A stretch of DNA of 61,015 nt, filler included, from Sphacelaria rigidula (Eukaryota): assembly GCA_964200075.2 (NCBI GenBank). It is 10 parts of 10 records of this genome, joined end to end, with 100 filler letters (N's around TTAATTAATTAA, not from the genome) between each part and the next. Parts side by side here need not be neighbours in the genome. Positions count along the whole stretch, not along the records: positions 12,225 to 18,236 come from CAXNAA020022810.1; positions 18,337 to 24,348 come from CAXNAA020022811.1; positions 24,449 to 30,460 come from CAXNAA020022812.1; 7 more parts are not named here. One strand, written 5' to 3'. Of the stretch, positions 13,401-25,865 are shown in pieces (the first letter of the stretch is position 1; every line of letters begins with the position of its first letter). Under the pieces are notes generated by a model. The model did not search any database. It saw only the letters and a list, made by a program, of their open reading frames with translations, and was not told the origin of the DNA. Position numbers and translations under genes: made by a program.

Positions 13401-14581
13401 GTGAGACGTTGACCAATACACGCAGTAGTAGCTACTTTTTACTTTCACGGCCCTGTACCTAGACTTCCAAAGCACATGTGCCTCACCCCCTCCCATCACT
13501 CCCATCTCCACCTCCCGTTACCACGTCGCTATGTACCAACCTAACGCTCAGCGATAGTTAGATGTGTTGGGATTTCAGCCAAGAACAGAGAAGACGGCTT
13601 GACATTTTTTCCTGCCAGCAACAACGGCATACGAGTAGCTCGTAGTTCCTGCCCAGAATGTTCAGAGCTTTCCTGAGTAAGGGCATTTTGGGCATGATTA
13701 TACGGTGCGCTGCATGCGTGTCCGTCGTCACTGTGGTACACGGCATCGCAACTTTGACAGGTGCGGCACGTCGCGTTGTTGTATCGTATCATCTCATTTC
13801 TCTCGGCGATATTGTATATATTAGAAGGTTCCCCTTCGGGAGGTTGGTACGGTGCCTCCCGCGGGTGACGCAAGTCGAAAATATATGGATAAGATCGGCT
13901 GTTATTGCATTTCAATGGACAGTAGTGATCGAGGCTATACAAACATCGCATGCGTTTTCGGATGGTAGCTCCGGATAAGGTTGATCAACTTGAGTAACAC
14001 GGATGGAAGATTGTACTATTGTTGGGCGCCAATAATTTCGATACGTGTGGCATATGCGTAGCTGCTCATCATCAGCTGTGCACGTTGTGCGTGACCTTGC
14101 TCAAATCTGTTCAGAATTATTGAGAAATGTACAGTAGTAGTGTCGCAAGCGGTGCAGTGTGTGCAGCATACGGTTTGTGGCATCCCGCATACAACAAACT
14201 CGCGTGACAGTCAGTAGTACGGTAGCGACCGTCTCAGTGCACAGAATACGACAGAGTTCGCAATCGGTGGCGGGCACGACGATCATGACACAATATGATC
14301 AGCAGTCAACACAGCCAGCATCAGCGACATCGTGCTAGTTTATAGTGGAAACGCTGCCGGCGAAAAAGCACTGTACTGCCTGTACTCTCTATCCCTGGCC
14401 CTACGGTTGTGAAGAGGATACACGGAGTGCTGCAGCAGCTATGCTGTTGCCACGGTACTGTACATGCAACATGCACGGCTACTTTTGCACTGATTGTACT
14501 ACACTTGTAGGCGAGAAGTGTGTGATGGAGTACTGACTGTACCATTGCGGGTGCGGTGTGCGAGGAGTGTGTGATGGAACG

Positions 14582-14702
14582 TCAACTCCCAGATAGAGAA
14601 ATGTCTCTGGGAATCGATGACGTTTCCCGGAGAGATTTGGAAAAATCCCGCTGTCCGGGAATTCATCAGTTTCCAGAGATTTGTTCCTCTCATGTATGTT
14701 GA
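14582..14702. mobile_element. ~120-bp hairpin MITE
   Basis: Imperfect inverted arms TCAAC..TCTCTGGGAATCGATGA..TTCCCGGA / TCCGGGAATTCATCAGTTTCCAGAGA..GTTGA. Confidence 0.6.
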
Positions 14703-15038
14703 ATACTTGTTATATCAAATGTGACGCAACGCAAATTCAAGCCAGACCGTGAAACATGCACATTTGTGCATGTGTCCATCTCTGCTATCTCATTCCCTAT
14801 TACACGCTTCGTCTAATTTCCTCTGAAATGGTGCCATACGCAATGCCCGAAGCCTGTCCCTCCCGGTCCGACTACGGTATTCATGTATTATTTACTCCGA
14901 TCGTGAATACACGATGTGATCCAAACAACATCAATCTCCGTGACTGACCTATTTGCTTGCATCGACCGTTCCACAATTGCCCTCACATTAGCCTAGATTG
15001 TTCACATTCGTACCCGTTCCACAAATCTCAGATCCCGC

Positions 15039-15104
15039 AACGCTCCGATCTTTCACCTTTAATGCTCCGATCTTTCACCTTTAACGCTCCGATCTTTCAC
15101 CTTT
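15039..15104. repeat. 22-bp tandem repeat x3
   Basis: AAYGCTCCGATCTTTCACCTTT three times. Confidence 0.95.
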
Positions 15105-15127
15105 TTTCATGAAAAATGTCCCTACAG

Positions 15128-15287
15128 TATGAAGGCCGGATGTTTATGGCAAACAGATTTTCGGCCCATGGATTGTTCACTTTTGGGATGTTTGACTCGC
15201 TCTTTGACCCCAAACAGGAAAATTCGCCGACACACGTCTCGGAAACTTTGCATCACCTCACAGAGAGGAGCTCAGGCTACTTTTCAG
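15128..15287 (+). CDS. Candidate downstream exon of the BTB gene (YEGRMFMANRF...GYFS)
   Basis: CCCTACAG acceptor, open in phase 0 (compatible with 13400 donor), CAG|GTTCGC donor; no recognisable motif. Confidence 0.35.
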
Positions 15288-16477
15288 GTTCGCTTGGCTT
15301 CGAGGTTTCAAGATTGGCCGTTAAACAATAAGTCGTGTGTAATAATCTGTGCTTGCCAACATACGGCAGTCTGCCCAAAAAGCTGTGGAGATCGCCATAG
15401 ATTTTATTGCACAAGGATTATTGTTCAGCGGGCACTCTCGAAACCTTGGAGCCAGGCGAATCTGAAAGGTGTGCTAGACTCCTCTCTGTGGGGTGACGCA
15501 TAGTGTGTAAAACGATCACTTTCGATCGAAAACATGCCGGTCGAAAAGCACGAAGCGGGGCTTCACTCCTATCTTACAGAAACCACGCCAGATAACACCT
15601 GTTCACAAGACCATGCGAACTCCATCCGAATCATTCTCAGCTACCACCACAACCCTGCAGCATAGAGCACGAGTTAAGCACAGGGATAGATACACTGCTG
15701 CAGTAGTCGGGTGTGCTTTGTTAACCTTCCCTTGGCGAAAAATTGCGCATCTTCTCTCATGGTAGGGATCAGCGACGGAACTGCGTAGTACGGTGGGCAA
15801 TCGAGTTGCGTGCACGCTCATGGACAGTGCAGGCAGTACAAAGCTGCATGTTGCTGAAGTCCTTTTCACGTCACATTGTAAGCAGAGCGAACTGATAGTC
15901 CTTGGGTGTCTGCACTGCACGTTGCCCGCTTCTCCTTTATATCTTCCTGCACGAAACACGCACACACGCTCTCAAGACACCCTGCTTGCAAGCAGTGCAG
16001 GCAGTACAGACTGTCTGTACTGTACACGAGTGACCATGTACCGTTTCACAAATTTTACTGATATAGTACAACCGAGGTGGAGTTTGTGGTGTTGCCAAAT
16101 AATGTCGCCTAGGTAGCTAGCTACCTAGCCGTATATTCCGCTCGGGTGCAGTAGTCGTTAGTGGACGTGCATGTAATTATTATGTTGTTCGGGAAGAAAT
16201 CCCTGAGCCCTCCGAACCCATGATTACGGACTTCGAGAAGGTACAGCTCCAAATGGAGGACGTTGTAGTTCACCTGCTTTCAGTCATATTTATTTCACTA
16301 GACTCAAGTTTTTTGCTGTAAATCATTGCACGATAGGTGCAGCCCTGTATGCAGGACTGTCTCAAATACAGCAGCTGCATGCAGTCAGTCTCTAATACAG
16401 CAGCTGCATGCAGGACTTCTTCAAAGCACTGTGGCTGCCAAGGTACACAGAGAGCTCTCAAAATCTCCATATGCAGT

Positions 16478-16750
16478 GCCGGTCGCCCCAGTCGCTCAGT
16501 TGGTAACCTCGAAACCTTCGGTCGTGGTTTCAAATCTCGGAGCAATCTGGGATTTTTTCTCACACCATGCCCAACAGTGGAGAGCGACTATGCCGTGGGT
16601 ACACAAAAGGAAGATGAAGTATTGAATGCAAATCGAAAAGAGAAAGCTCATGTGTTGTTGACCTTCCTCCTGTGTGACCACGGCTGGTGCGCGACATAAA
16701 CCGAAAGGTATACAGACTGGCGCCCAGAATAAATAGCACGCTACAAACAC
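16478..16750 (+). mobile_element. tRNA-derived SINE family A (internally deleted copy)
   Basis: A box TCGCTCAGTTGG, B-box-like GTTTCAAATCT, body CAACAGTGGAGAGCGACTATG shared with 40871-41247; CA-rich tail. Confidence 0.8.
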
Positions 16751-16877
16751 ATTACAATCAATCTAGCCGACACCCGAGGAACTTTCCTCGTGGTCAGAAG
16801 TTTCCAATGGACAGGACCTGTGAGGCCTCAACGTAAAACAATAAAGGCTGTTCGGTTCGCACGACTGTACGTTTTAA

Positions 16878-16979
16878 CCCTTGGACCGCGGCGCTGGTAC
16901 TCCATCTCAATCACGCATACTCTTTTCAACTGAATATTGATGCCGATTCAGCAAGTGACCTGCCCTCGCGGTCGAAGGA
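16878..16979 (+). mobile_element. piggyBac-type mini-MITE (diverged)
   Basis: TTAA+CCCTTGGACCGCG ... CGCGGTCGAAGGA+TGAA; internal ATTGATGCCGATTCA shared with 52773-52870. Confidence 0.8.
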
Positions 16980-17452
16980 TGAACACCGATATCCTCTTTC
17001 AACTTACTCTCACTAGTGTTCTTAAACATGCTTTCGTCGACTGTTGAGTTCGCACAACGGGGACTCACATGACCTAGATATGACGGTATTCGACGCTTCA
17101 TGTCAAAACTCAAGAGTAAGGGATTTCAGATGTTCCGACTAGTGCTTGTGGTGAAGAAATGCCCCGCCATGAACACGCTGCTTTGGTTCGGGTTCTTCTT
17201 GAGAGTTTTTCACGATCTTGAGGAGGCTTTTGTGGTTCAGGATCGACACCCCCCGAAAAAGAGCCAGTGTGGGCAACTTTCATTGGCCAGAACACGCGCC
17301 ACAGGTATCAGATGACACCCAAACCTGAACTGTAATGTACCACTGACCCTTCTTCGCGCACAGCAAAACAAAGAGCGGGCTAAGATGTCTTGCAGCCAGA
17401 GAAAACTCGGCAAAAGAGGTGAAAAATGCGAAATGATACATATTTCAAGTCC

Positions 17453-17643
17453 CTGTGATGCGTGAGAGGACCGCGCCGTAGTTCAAAACACCTCAGGATC
17501 GACGTTTTTCAAAACCAATCGGGCCAGTCCCTGCAGATACCACGCCCCTGACCATAACCCTAGGACTCACCCTGACCCTAACCATAGGGATGTTCAAGTT
17601 CCGATGCGGTCCTCTAACCACGCCGTCCTCTCACGCTTTACAG
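17453..17643. mobile_element. ~190-bp TIR element with CCCTAA-like internal motifs
   Basis: CTGTGATGCGTGAGAGGAC / GTCCTCTCACGCTTTACAG; TCC on both flanks. Confidence 0.55.
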
Positions 17644-18172
17644 TCCCTTGCCGGCCTTCAGCTGGCAGCGGTCTCTTTTTTAGCGGGTCACGCCTGACGC
17701 GTTGTGAACAGCCAAGCTCTCGTGTTTTATAGTAGTAGCCGGTGTTTTGTGTTGATGCGAAGGCTGGGGAACAAATTAGGGGCGCCTGGGAAGGAGTTCA
17801 TCTCTCAAGTACAGGACCCAATTACTAAAACTAATAGAGTTTGCCTTCGGATCGAGACTTTTCACGGATGTTCATCGTCAGTGTCTTGTGCCCTCGTGGT
17901 ATCGCAGATCGAAATGATGAAGCAAGCGGTGAAACGAGGGCACGGGCAGTAACGCGCGACGAATCCGCGCATTGGACCCCTAGCATTAGGAATATTCCGT
18001 TTTTCCCGCGGTAACCCGCGGGCAGCATTTCAGTGCGTATTCGCTCAGCTAAATTCATTACATTTTGAAGAACCTCAACCACACAGTAGTGAGGGTGGTG
18101 GTCACATGTTTCCGTCCATGCCCCCAACGGCATAAACCATCTCTAATGTCATGTGAGTGATATACAACATCA

Positions 18173-18236
18173 AACAACAAATTGTGCGAATTGAGGTTCA
18201 ACTCCGAGATGAGGTTCAAGCCTATAACAGTGCTTT
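18173..18236 (+). repeat. Terminus of a young high-copy element (family X), cut by scaffold end
   Basis: AACAACAAATTGTGCGAATTGAGGTT..GAGATGAGGTTCAAGCCT..AACAGTGCTT near-identical at 36472 and 60951. Confidence 0.9.
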
Positions 18237-18336
18237 NNNNNNNNNNNNNNNNNNNNNNNNNNNNNNNNNNNNNNNNNNNNTTAATTAATTAANNNNNNNN
18301 NNNNNNNNNNNNNNNNNNNNNNNNNNNNNNNNNNNN
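18237..18336. other. Artificial scaffold linker
   Basis: N44-TTAATTAATTAA-N44. Confidence 0.99.
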
Positions 18337-18647
18337 AAACCTCCGACAGTGTCCCCTAGCTCGACTCTGTACACGAGTCACCCTACCCATCCGGGCGTCG
18401 GTGCTCAAGGGTGTTGTAGTATGTGGGCTGTGTGATCCGTCTGAAAAAGAAAATCTCAACTGCTCTCAACACAAATGAGAACGGCAAGATCGTTTGTAAG
18501 CATGCCTGGCGGCGCAGCTGGTGGCTTTCAAATTGGAAATCGCTGTCTCGACCATTATAAAGTGCAGTATAATTGCTGATGCAATGTACTGTCTGTACTG
18601 TCTGTACTGCACTTGACAGTACCGTGGTACTGCGTGACCGCATCTGA

Positions 18648-20830
18648 TATGCGGCGTAAGACCACTTTGTATGGCAGCCAATCCCGAATCTGGCGGGACT
18701 CGAGTTTGCGCCAAATCGGGGGGACCCAGATTCGCGAAACTCATATTCGTGTGTACCCCTGTATGGCTTGGCTTCACAGATTTTTGTTGGAATTGTTTTC
18801 TATATGAGCGTTCATTTTCTAGGCGGGTGTGGTTTAACAGTAGTGAAGCCGAAGAACAGGCAGGCAGGGAACCATCCTTCAAGAGCAGCGTCGTACCATG
18901 GTACCCTAGGGTATAATGTTGTGAAGTACACCGCACAATCACAGTACACGATAATGCCGTGTGGTAATACATGATGATACACTAGGTATTGCGAGAACAG
19001 TGCACAGTGTGCGACAAGACTTCACGAGTGCAGTGTCATTCATCACCCTGCAAGTGCCGCGACAGTAGAGTGTATGTAGGATAATACACTATCGTTCGTT
19101 ATGATGATACATACAGCAGTACAGTGCAGCATAAAATTTTGCCATCACCGCAGGTACGGCGTCAACACTTCTTATCCGCTTTTCAAACCCCTATGCGGAG
19201 CTGCTCCAGCAGCCGGCGCTCGCAGGCACTGTCTGTGCTGTCACGAGACTGTCTGCTGCTGTTGTTGCAAAAATACCAAACGCCTGTTGCCCCATCACTG
19301 TACGTCAACATACGTACGTCAGTTGCCCCAGATTTGGGGGACCTCGATTTTCCACGTATCTGTGCTCAGATTCGTGTAAAACCGTTCTCAAATCGTGACA
19401 AACGAATCTGAGCTTCCCCGAGTTGGGTCAAATTGGGGTCCAAACAATGCGTTTCCGGATCTGAGGTCCCCCGATCTGCCCACAGATCCGTGTTTTCGAC
19501 TGTCATACAAAGTGATCTAACCAGGGCGTAACCAAATATCGTGTGTATCTGGATACCACCTATGGTGAACTCCCAATTTTCAGAGCAACTTCCGTTGTGG
19601 ATTTCTCGCCTACGATATTGCGTTCCCTCATGAAACTTTGCGCACGAGTCGGACACAACACAGGCAACATATTTGCCAAGCGCCCGCACGGTTGGGCCCC
19701 GCACAAATTACTAACATGACCACAGGTAATTTCGAGGAATGCTGTCGATGCGCCCTCAAAGCGGCTATCCTGCAGTCCAGACTTCGTGCATTAGAGCTGA
19801 ATGCATATGTGCACGCGCACGTCCACTAATTTCGACATCTTGAGCGGCTGGGCGACCGATATTGTAGTAAACTGACACCGGTGACCCTTACTGGATCATG
19901 ACCATCGGTAGTGTAACGATCGGCATGTCGTCTGGAGAGGTGCGCAGTTCATGACGCACGGCCCTACGCGCGCTGCAGACGCAGAAAGGTGCTGTAACTT
20001 CGGTCATATGTTGTGAGAACCACAGTCAACAGTTCCACATCACTATCTCTGGTTCTGCGCGTTGCAGCAGTGCGCACGAGGGGGAAAAGCGGTCAATTTC
20101 TGTTCCGATTTTTGTTTATTTTGGCGCAACATTGCTCAATCCAGATTTTTTCGCAGACAATCTGTCACCTTCATCTTAAAAGTTTGAGAGTCGAAAGAAG
20201 TTTTGCGGGAAAATGAAAAACAATAATTTCGGAACAAAAATTGAGCTCTTTTCATCCTCTCGCGCACTGCTGCAACGCCCAACTCCAGCTCTAGACGCAT
20301 GAACTTATTGATTGTGGTCCACATGAGATGTTGGCAAAGTTTCAACGCATAGTAGCGACGACAGCGCGCGCACGACCGTGCCTCCTGATCTGAGCATCTC
20401 TACAGTCGATACCGGAATGGCTTTTCTACAGATTGTCATCATCCAGAGGCGGCGCCAGAACTGATATATGTTTGTTTGCGAGCACTGCAGCCTCCCAAGT
20501 CGTCATGATGCGTAAGTCAGTGCGCTAACATGTACTCATATGCATTCATTCACGGTGCACATAATCTTGGCCGCGAGATGGCCGTTTTGAGGGCATACAG
20601 ACGGTAGTGCTCATTATCGGATTTCGCTTTGTTTAATTTTCTCGGGGAAGGAAAGGGGCTGTGCTTCGGTACATACACTGGCTGTGGTGTGCCCGACTGG
20701 TGCACCAAGTTTCACGTTGGTGCCTGCAGCGGTGGTCGAAAACTTCACAATAAGAAATTAAGTGCAAAAGTCGAAAATGGCACCGGTCAACCGTCGAAAG
20801 ATACACCAGCTGCAGTTACGCCGCATAATC
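18648..20830. mobile_element. Old ~1.3-kb foldback element, with the H1 MITE inserted in its left arm
   Basis: Inverted arms around ~20165, e.g. GCGTTGCAGCAGTGCGC/GCGCACTGCTGCAACGC and TATGCGGCGTAAC/GTTACGCCGCATA; related sequence at 40-105. Confidence 0.7.
18660..19517 (+). mobile_element. MITE family H1, full-length 858-bp copy (PIF/Harbinger-type)
   Basis: 20-bp TIR GACCACTTTGTATGGCAGCC vs GATCACTTTGTATGACAGTC (3 mismatches); TAA TSD at 18657-18659 and 19518-19520. Confidence 0.9.
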
Positions 20831-23800
20831 CTCGTACGAAACCGTACTGGCGTAACTGCTGCGCTCTCTGCGGCAGCACAGGAAAAGTGGGGACAAGCGC
20901 ACAACCGTACTTGCCAGCACTGTGGATTTCGCTTCGCCACATCGCCCCGCCAACCGATATGCCTTCAATCATGTCGGCATTAACAGGGCAACTAGTGTTG
21001 TGTTCCCCAGTGCACGCGGTATTGGACTGCAGGCGACAGAATACTGTACACGATCGCACTGCAGAGCACGGTACAGACAGTAGCTTTGTACTATACAGTA
21101 GTCACGCATGAGAAAAAGGGTGGAGCACATCACACATTTTCATACTGTAATTTATGTGAAGTTTTCAGTTTGGAAGGCGGCGCGATTGGCTGTACAAGGC
21201 ATGCATGGCCAAAATTGTGTCGTGTAAAATGCTCGTTAAAGCAAATGACCCAATTCTTTTTCACATGGATTAAATGCACCATGCACTAGCCGGCACGCGT
21301 CCTTTTGGCCTGGTGCCCTGAGCGTGGTCGTCCCTATCGGCGTTGCATTGTGTACGAGATGCACAGATGAAGAGCACCACTATTCAGACCACCCCATCAC
21401 TTTTTCAGCCAGAAATCTACACTGACGATCCAACCTTGAGCAAAGCTTGTCATCGATACCACTCGCTGGGCCGGTACTCCTTTGTGTCGGGCCCGCCGCT
21501 CGTGTGAACTGTGTCTACTTCACGGCTGATATCAGCCGAATGCTTGTCAAATGGTTCTTCTATGCGAGCATTCCGGTATTAGATTGCGTTTTTTTCGCGC
21601 AAGACTGATGGGCGTTAGAAAAAAGTAGGTCGTGCTCAGACGAATTTCCGAATAATGTGTTGTCGAAACAACACGGAGTAATATCCCGTTTGTCAAGGGG
21701 GTGTTATTGACCGTATATGATAGAGCCTGGGCTTTCCTGCTGTAGCAGGGGGCAGCGCGGAGAAATTTTTCGAACATCTAGCCCTCTCCCCCCCCGCTGC
21801 CTGTCATTTTTTCGAAAATTGTCATGATTTTTTTCGTCAACTTCGTTGCAAGAAATTGATCAATGAAGACTGTTTTGATCAAGAGATATGACGAAACAAA
21901 CATATAGGGTGCGCACTTGGTTCTGTCCCGAATATCCCATACAAATTGCTACATGAAAAGAAAAAGAAAGAAAGAGGCCATAACGCATTTATGACGGGAT
22001 CGGGAAAATAGAAAATGACAAGAAGTGCGGGGTATGAACAACATTGCGGTCGCGGCTGCTCCGCACTACACCAGCCATGGCCGTAGCACCACCCGACTGC
22101 AGACCGCAAGGATTCAAGAGGGCCGTCGCTACCACGAGTGGTAACATCTAGGCAAGTGGAATCTTCCTGATTCATTCGGTGAGTGTCGAAGTTGATATTT
22201 CTGTGCGGCAGCCCCCAATTTACACACTGCAGCCCGAACCCGCATAGCCCTACCGCGAAGGCAGTGGTTCAGGGTAACTTTGATGTTGGTGACCGGACGG
22301 CGGCGCCATGTCCTTTGCCACATGCTTGGCCGTCGTTGTGCAAAGTTTGGGGTCAATCCACCCATGGAAAGTCGAGAACGCTGTGTATCCGTCGCCTCGA
22401 CTTTGTCAGGATCATGGGTTAGATCCAGGACCCTGCCAGACGGTGAAACAGCACGCTTTTGTTTCCAATCGTGTAGACAATGTACTCGCAAGATGCACAG
22501 TCAGGCGTGCTGTACGATATAACTGTACGGCGTGGGAGAGGCGAAAGAGGGCACACCCGCTCCGGCGAAGCACATTCCATCACCCTGGGACTCTGCGTCA
22601 GGTGATGTTCAGCAGTCGTGGACGCGGATTCTATCAATTCACTTTCAAATTCCCGTCCCATCAATTTTGAATGAGCAAGCATGAGGGCGACACGCAGTAG
22701 ACTACGTACGCCATATCGTTAGGGTTTGGATCGGCAGTACGCGCTGTATCCCCCTCACCCCTCCGCCCCCCCCCGTGCGCGCCTTATGCCGCGTGCTTAC
22801 CACTGTCCCCGAAACCTTCTTCTCTGCCTGCTGCCTGCACGTTGCCGGTGCATCCCGTAGAATGGTCGGGTCATGTCATGGAAAGGGGTGCAGTTGGAGA
22901 GAAGAATGATGACGAGGTTGATGAAGGTTTCTATGCAGAGGTGTTGGCGAAAACCTCCGACGGATTGGATGCCTCAAGGCAGGCGGTCATGAACTTTGAG
23001 GATTCCGAAGCTTTTACCGGTCTTGGCCTAGCCGTAGGTGACGCGTCAGCGGCGACAGCGCCGCTCCCCCCCAATTCACCAGCTGCGGCAACAGTCCCGC
23101 CTTTGGAGAAGAAAAAGTTCGACCGCGAGGTGAAATGTTCTCGGATATGCATATTGTTTTTCGCACACGCGGCGAGAGTATCTTCATACCTCTTAGGGTC
23201 TTGCATGTGCTCCAGGCGCCCAGGTCGAGCGGACGGTGTTTTCGGTGGCGAGGATGCGCGAAATTCTACGTTGACAAGTTCACCATGCTGCTCGCTCGCT
23301 TGTATGTGCTCCTCCTGGTCAGGAGTTTACCAAAATCATCGACAGCCATGCCGCATCTCCCTGTGGCAACTGATGCCGAGAGCATGGTTATGAGGAGGGT
23401 GCTCAAGCGTTGCGCGGAGGAAGTCGACTAGCTCGTCCCGCTTGCTACAGCCGTGCTGGAGCTGCCGTCGACTCGCCTGGAGATCCGGCGCATGTAGCAA
23501 ACATTCATCGCGGGCCCCCGCATTGTCATGGCGGGCGCCGCCAATTCTTCGCGGGCCACGAGTTCACAAAGTTGCGCCAAGCCGGATGCCACCAAGAGAA
23601 AATGGCGGTTGTGACCCAGCCGGTGGTCGAGCCCGCGACGTCCGATGTGTTCGGTCCCTCCGGTGATGACGAGCCGAGTCCCAATGCGAAGCGGGCGCTG
23701 GTTGGATTGCACCACTTCATTCAGCAGGCAAGTGCGACAGACCATTATGTTTTCCACGCTCTGACGCGAGATCTGTCATCTCGAACGTGGATGCGTAATA

Positions 23801-24280
23801 GCTGTTGTTGTTGTTGTTGTTGTTGTTGGCGTCGTAGTTTGGTAACTACCATTTTTCTACGAGAAGGCTCGAATCTCTCCCCCCCCCCCAAAATGAAGGC
23901 TATTTTTTCATCATGATTCAGCACATCTCATCCCCGCGCGCTGCCAGCCTTCACTTGTTTGCATCCTCCTCTCCTCACGGCGAGTGTCCTGCTCCGTATT
24001 ACAGAAGAATGATTTTCGAATCTCCGGTCACCGCTTTGAGTGGGACTTGTATGTCATCCAAGACTGTCAGCTCGTCTATGTCAGGGGTCACATTTTCCAC
24101 AACTTCCAAAACTTTTGAAGGAAAATAATCCAAATGACGCATCTCCCCTCGCTTCCGGCGGCGCTCCCGCGGGGCCTCCTCACCAACCGGGGCGGGCCAG
24201 CGAAGCCCATTGACTGGACAAACATCCATGTTCTGGCCGCTGGCGCGGCCAGTTCAAACTTGAATGGCAACCAGTTCATA

Positions 24281-24348
24281 CCCTGGACAATAGAATACAC
24301 GGTCGAAAAATGTACTGCGTGCAGTATGGAATCTATTGTCTATTGCAA
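24281..24348 (+). repeat. Half of a ~128-bp palindromic MITE; scaffold ends at its centre
   Basis: Matches one arm of 25107-25234 and stops at CTATTGCAA. Confidence 0.8.
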
Positions 24349-24448
24349 NNNNNNNNNNNNNNNNNNNNNNNNNNNNNNNNNNNNNNNNNNNNTTAATTAA
24401 TTAANNNNNNNNNNNNNNNNNNNNNNNNNNNNNNNNNNNNNNNNNNNN
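24349..24448. other. Artificial scaffold linker
   Basis: N44-TTAATTAATTAA-N44. Confidence 0.99.
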
Positions 24449-24563
24449 TGCCTAGCTTACGTAGTGAGTGGCGTGTTTTACAGCGTCATCGCCAAGCGAC
24501 GCCAACCCCATGGGGGGTCCGGGGGGGGGGGAGGGCAGCTATCGCGCAGTACTCGAATACTCT

Positions 24564-24841
24564 CCCGCGCCCCGGTGGTGTAATGGTCTGGCTGTCACCA
24601 TTAGGGTGGAGAGAACGTGAGTTCGATTCCGGATCCGTTGGGTTTTTTCTTCGAAGTATCTGATTTCCACAGTCGAGAGCGTGGGTAGGTGAGTAAACAA
24701 AAAATAGTTTATTGAGTTTGTTTGATGAGAGTTGACGCGGTGCGGGAGTGCTGATAGTCATTACCCAATTTGCGAGACCAAAAATGCAAGGCGTGTATCA
24801 CGGGGACCACGGACTCGTCCCGAGGAAGGGGGGGGGTTCAA
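24564..24841 (+). mobile_element. tRNA-derived SINE family B
   Basis: A box TGGTGTAATGG, B box AGTTCGATTCC, body GAGAGTTGACGCGGTGCGGGAGTG, end CACGGACTC.TCCCGAGGAAGGGG. Confidence 0.8.
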
Positions 24842-25106
24842 AGCGCGTCAAATGAATTACTAAACAAAATAAGGAAACGAATTTGGAGTACTGAGCACTG
24901 AAGATATTCTGGAAGCCTGGAGTGACGTGGTGTTGTTACTCGATCCCCCATCACCTTCGGACTCTTGATAGCCTCTCCAATCAGTTGCCTATATAAGGTA
25001 CATCGGTTGCCTAAATGAGGTACATACGAAGTACATACCAAGCGTCCGACGGATGATCAATCTCCGATATTTAATGCGGAGTTTTTCGGTGTTTTTTTTT
25101 TCACAC

Positions 25107-25234
25107 CCCGGACGATAGATTACATGATGAAAACGTGTGCTGCGTACAGTATCGACTAATGCGTCTATTGCAATAGACAATACATTCCATACTGTACGCA
25201 GTGCACGTTTTGACCATGTAATCTATCGACCAGG
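25107..25234. mobile_element. ~128-bp loop-less palindromic MITE
   Basis: Arms centred on GTCTATTG|CAATAGAC (25170/25171); CGATAGATTACATG / CATGTAATCTATCG. Confidence 0.8.
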
Positions 25235-25729
25235 TTTCTTTTTTTGTATACGTCACAAAAGACGCACGAGGTGTCCTCACTGTTAAATAAGTCATTATCC
25301 ATGTCCGTGGCAAGAACACGTGCATACGATGTAGTGAGATACTCCCAACCAGAGGAATGATGTTTTTTGTTTTTTTCCCAATGCGCCGGTTGCTCGCGAA
25401 TATTCCACGTGTCTACCGCGGGTCGGAAAGAAAGGGCTGGTGCGGTGATGTAGACAAAAAAACCAACAGCATTCGTTTCTGTCAAAACACACGAAAAATA
25501 CGAAACAGAGCAAGCAGCCAGGGAAGAAAAAAAATCTCGTCGTGCCGAGTACAATTGACAGGGAGGAAAAGTAGTACGGACGGACCATTTTACCGTAAAA
25601 CGTATTCTTAAAACGACACACTTGACAAGTGCCGGTATGCTCTGGCTTTGTCCTGCTCTGTTGCTGTCCTGCGTGTGTATGGTCATACTGTACACCATAT
25701 GTTTTGTTACGGAAGTCAATCACTGTACA

Positions 25730-25865
25730 GCCCCCGCGCCCCGGTGGTCTGTCTAATGGTCCAACCGACACCACTACGGTGGAGGGATCGTGGGTTCGAT
25801 TCTCGCCAGATGCGTCTGGCTTTTTACTTCGGTTTATCTGATTATCGACGTTAAAACACGTGAGG
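25730..25865 (+). mobile_element. SINE family B, 5' part
   Basis: GCCCCGGTGGTC..TAATGG and GGGTTCGATTC head. Confidence 0.75.

Noticed and set aside
22842..24300. Protein-coding gene in the GC-rich ORF cluster
   Set aside because: Overlapping ORFs on both strands with no recognisable motif or consistent splice pattern; may be a decayed element but cannot be supported.
24564..24635. Functional tRNA genes at SINE heads (also 16478, 25730, 40871, 52010)
   Set aside because: A/B boxes are present but there is no complete cloverleaf, and each continues into a shared repeat body.
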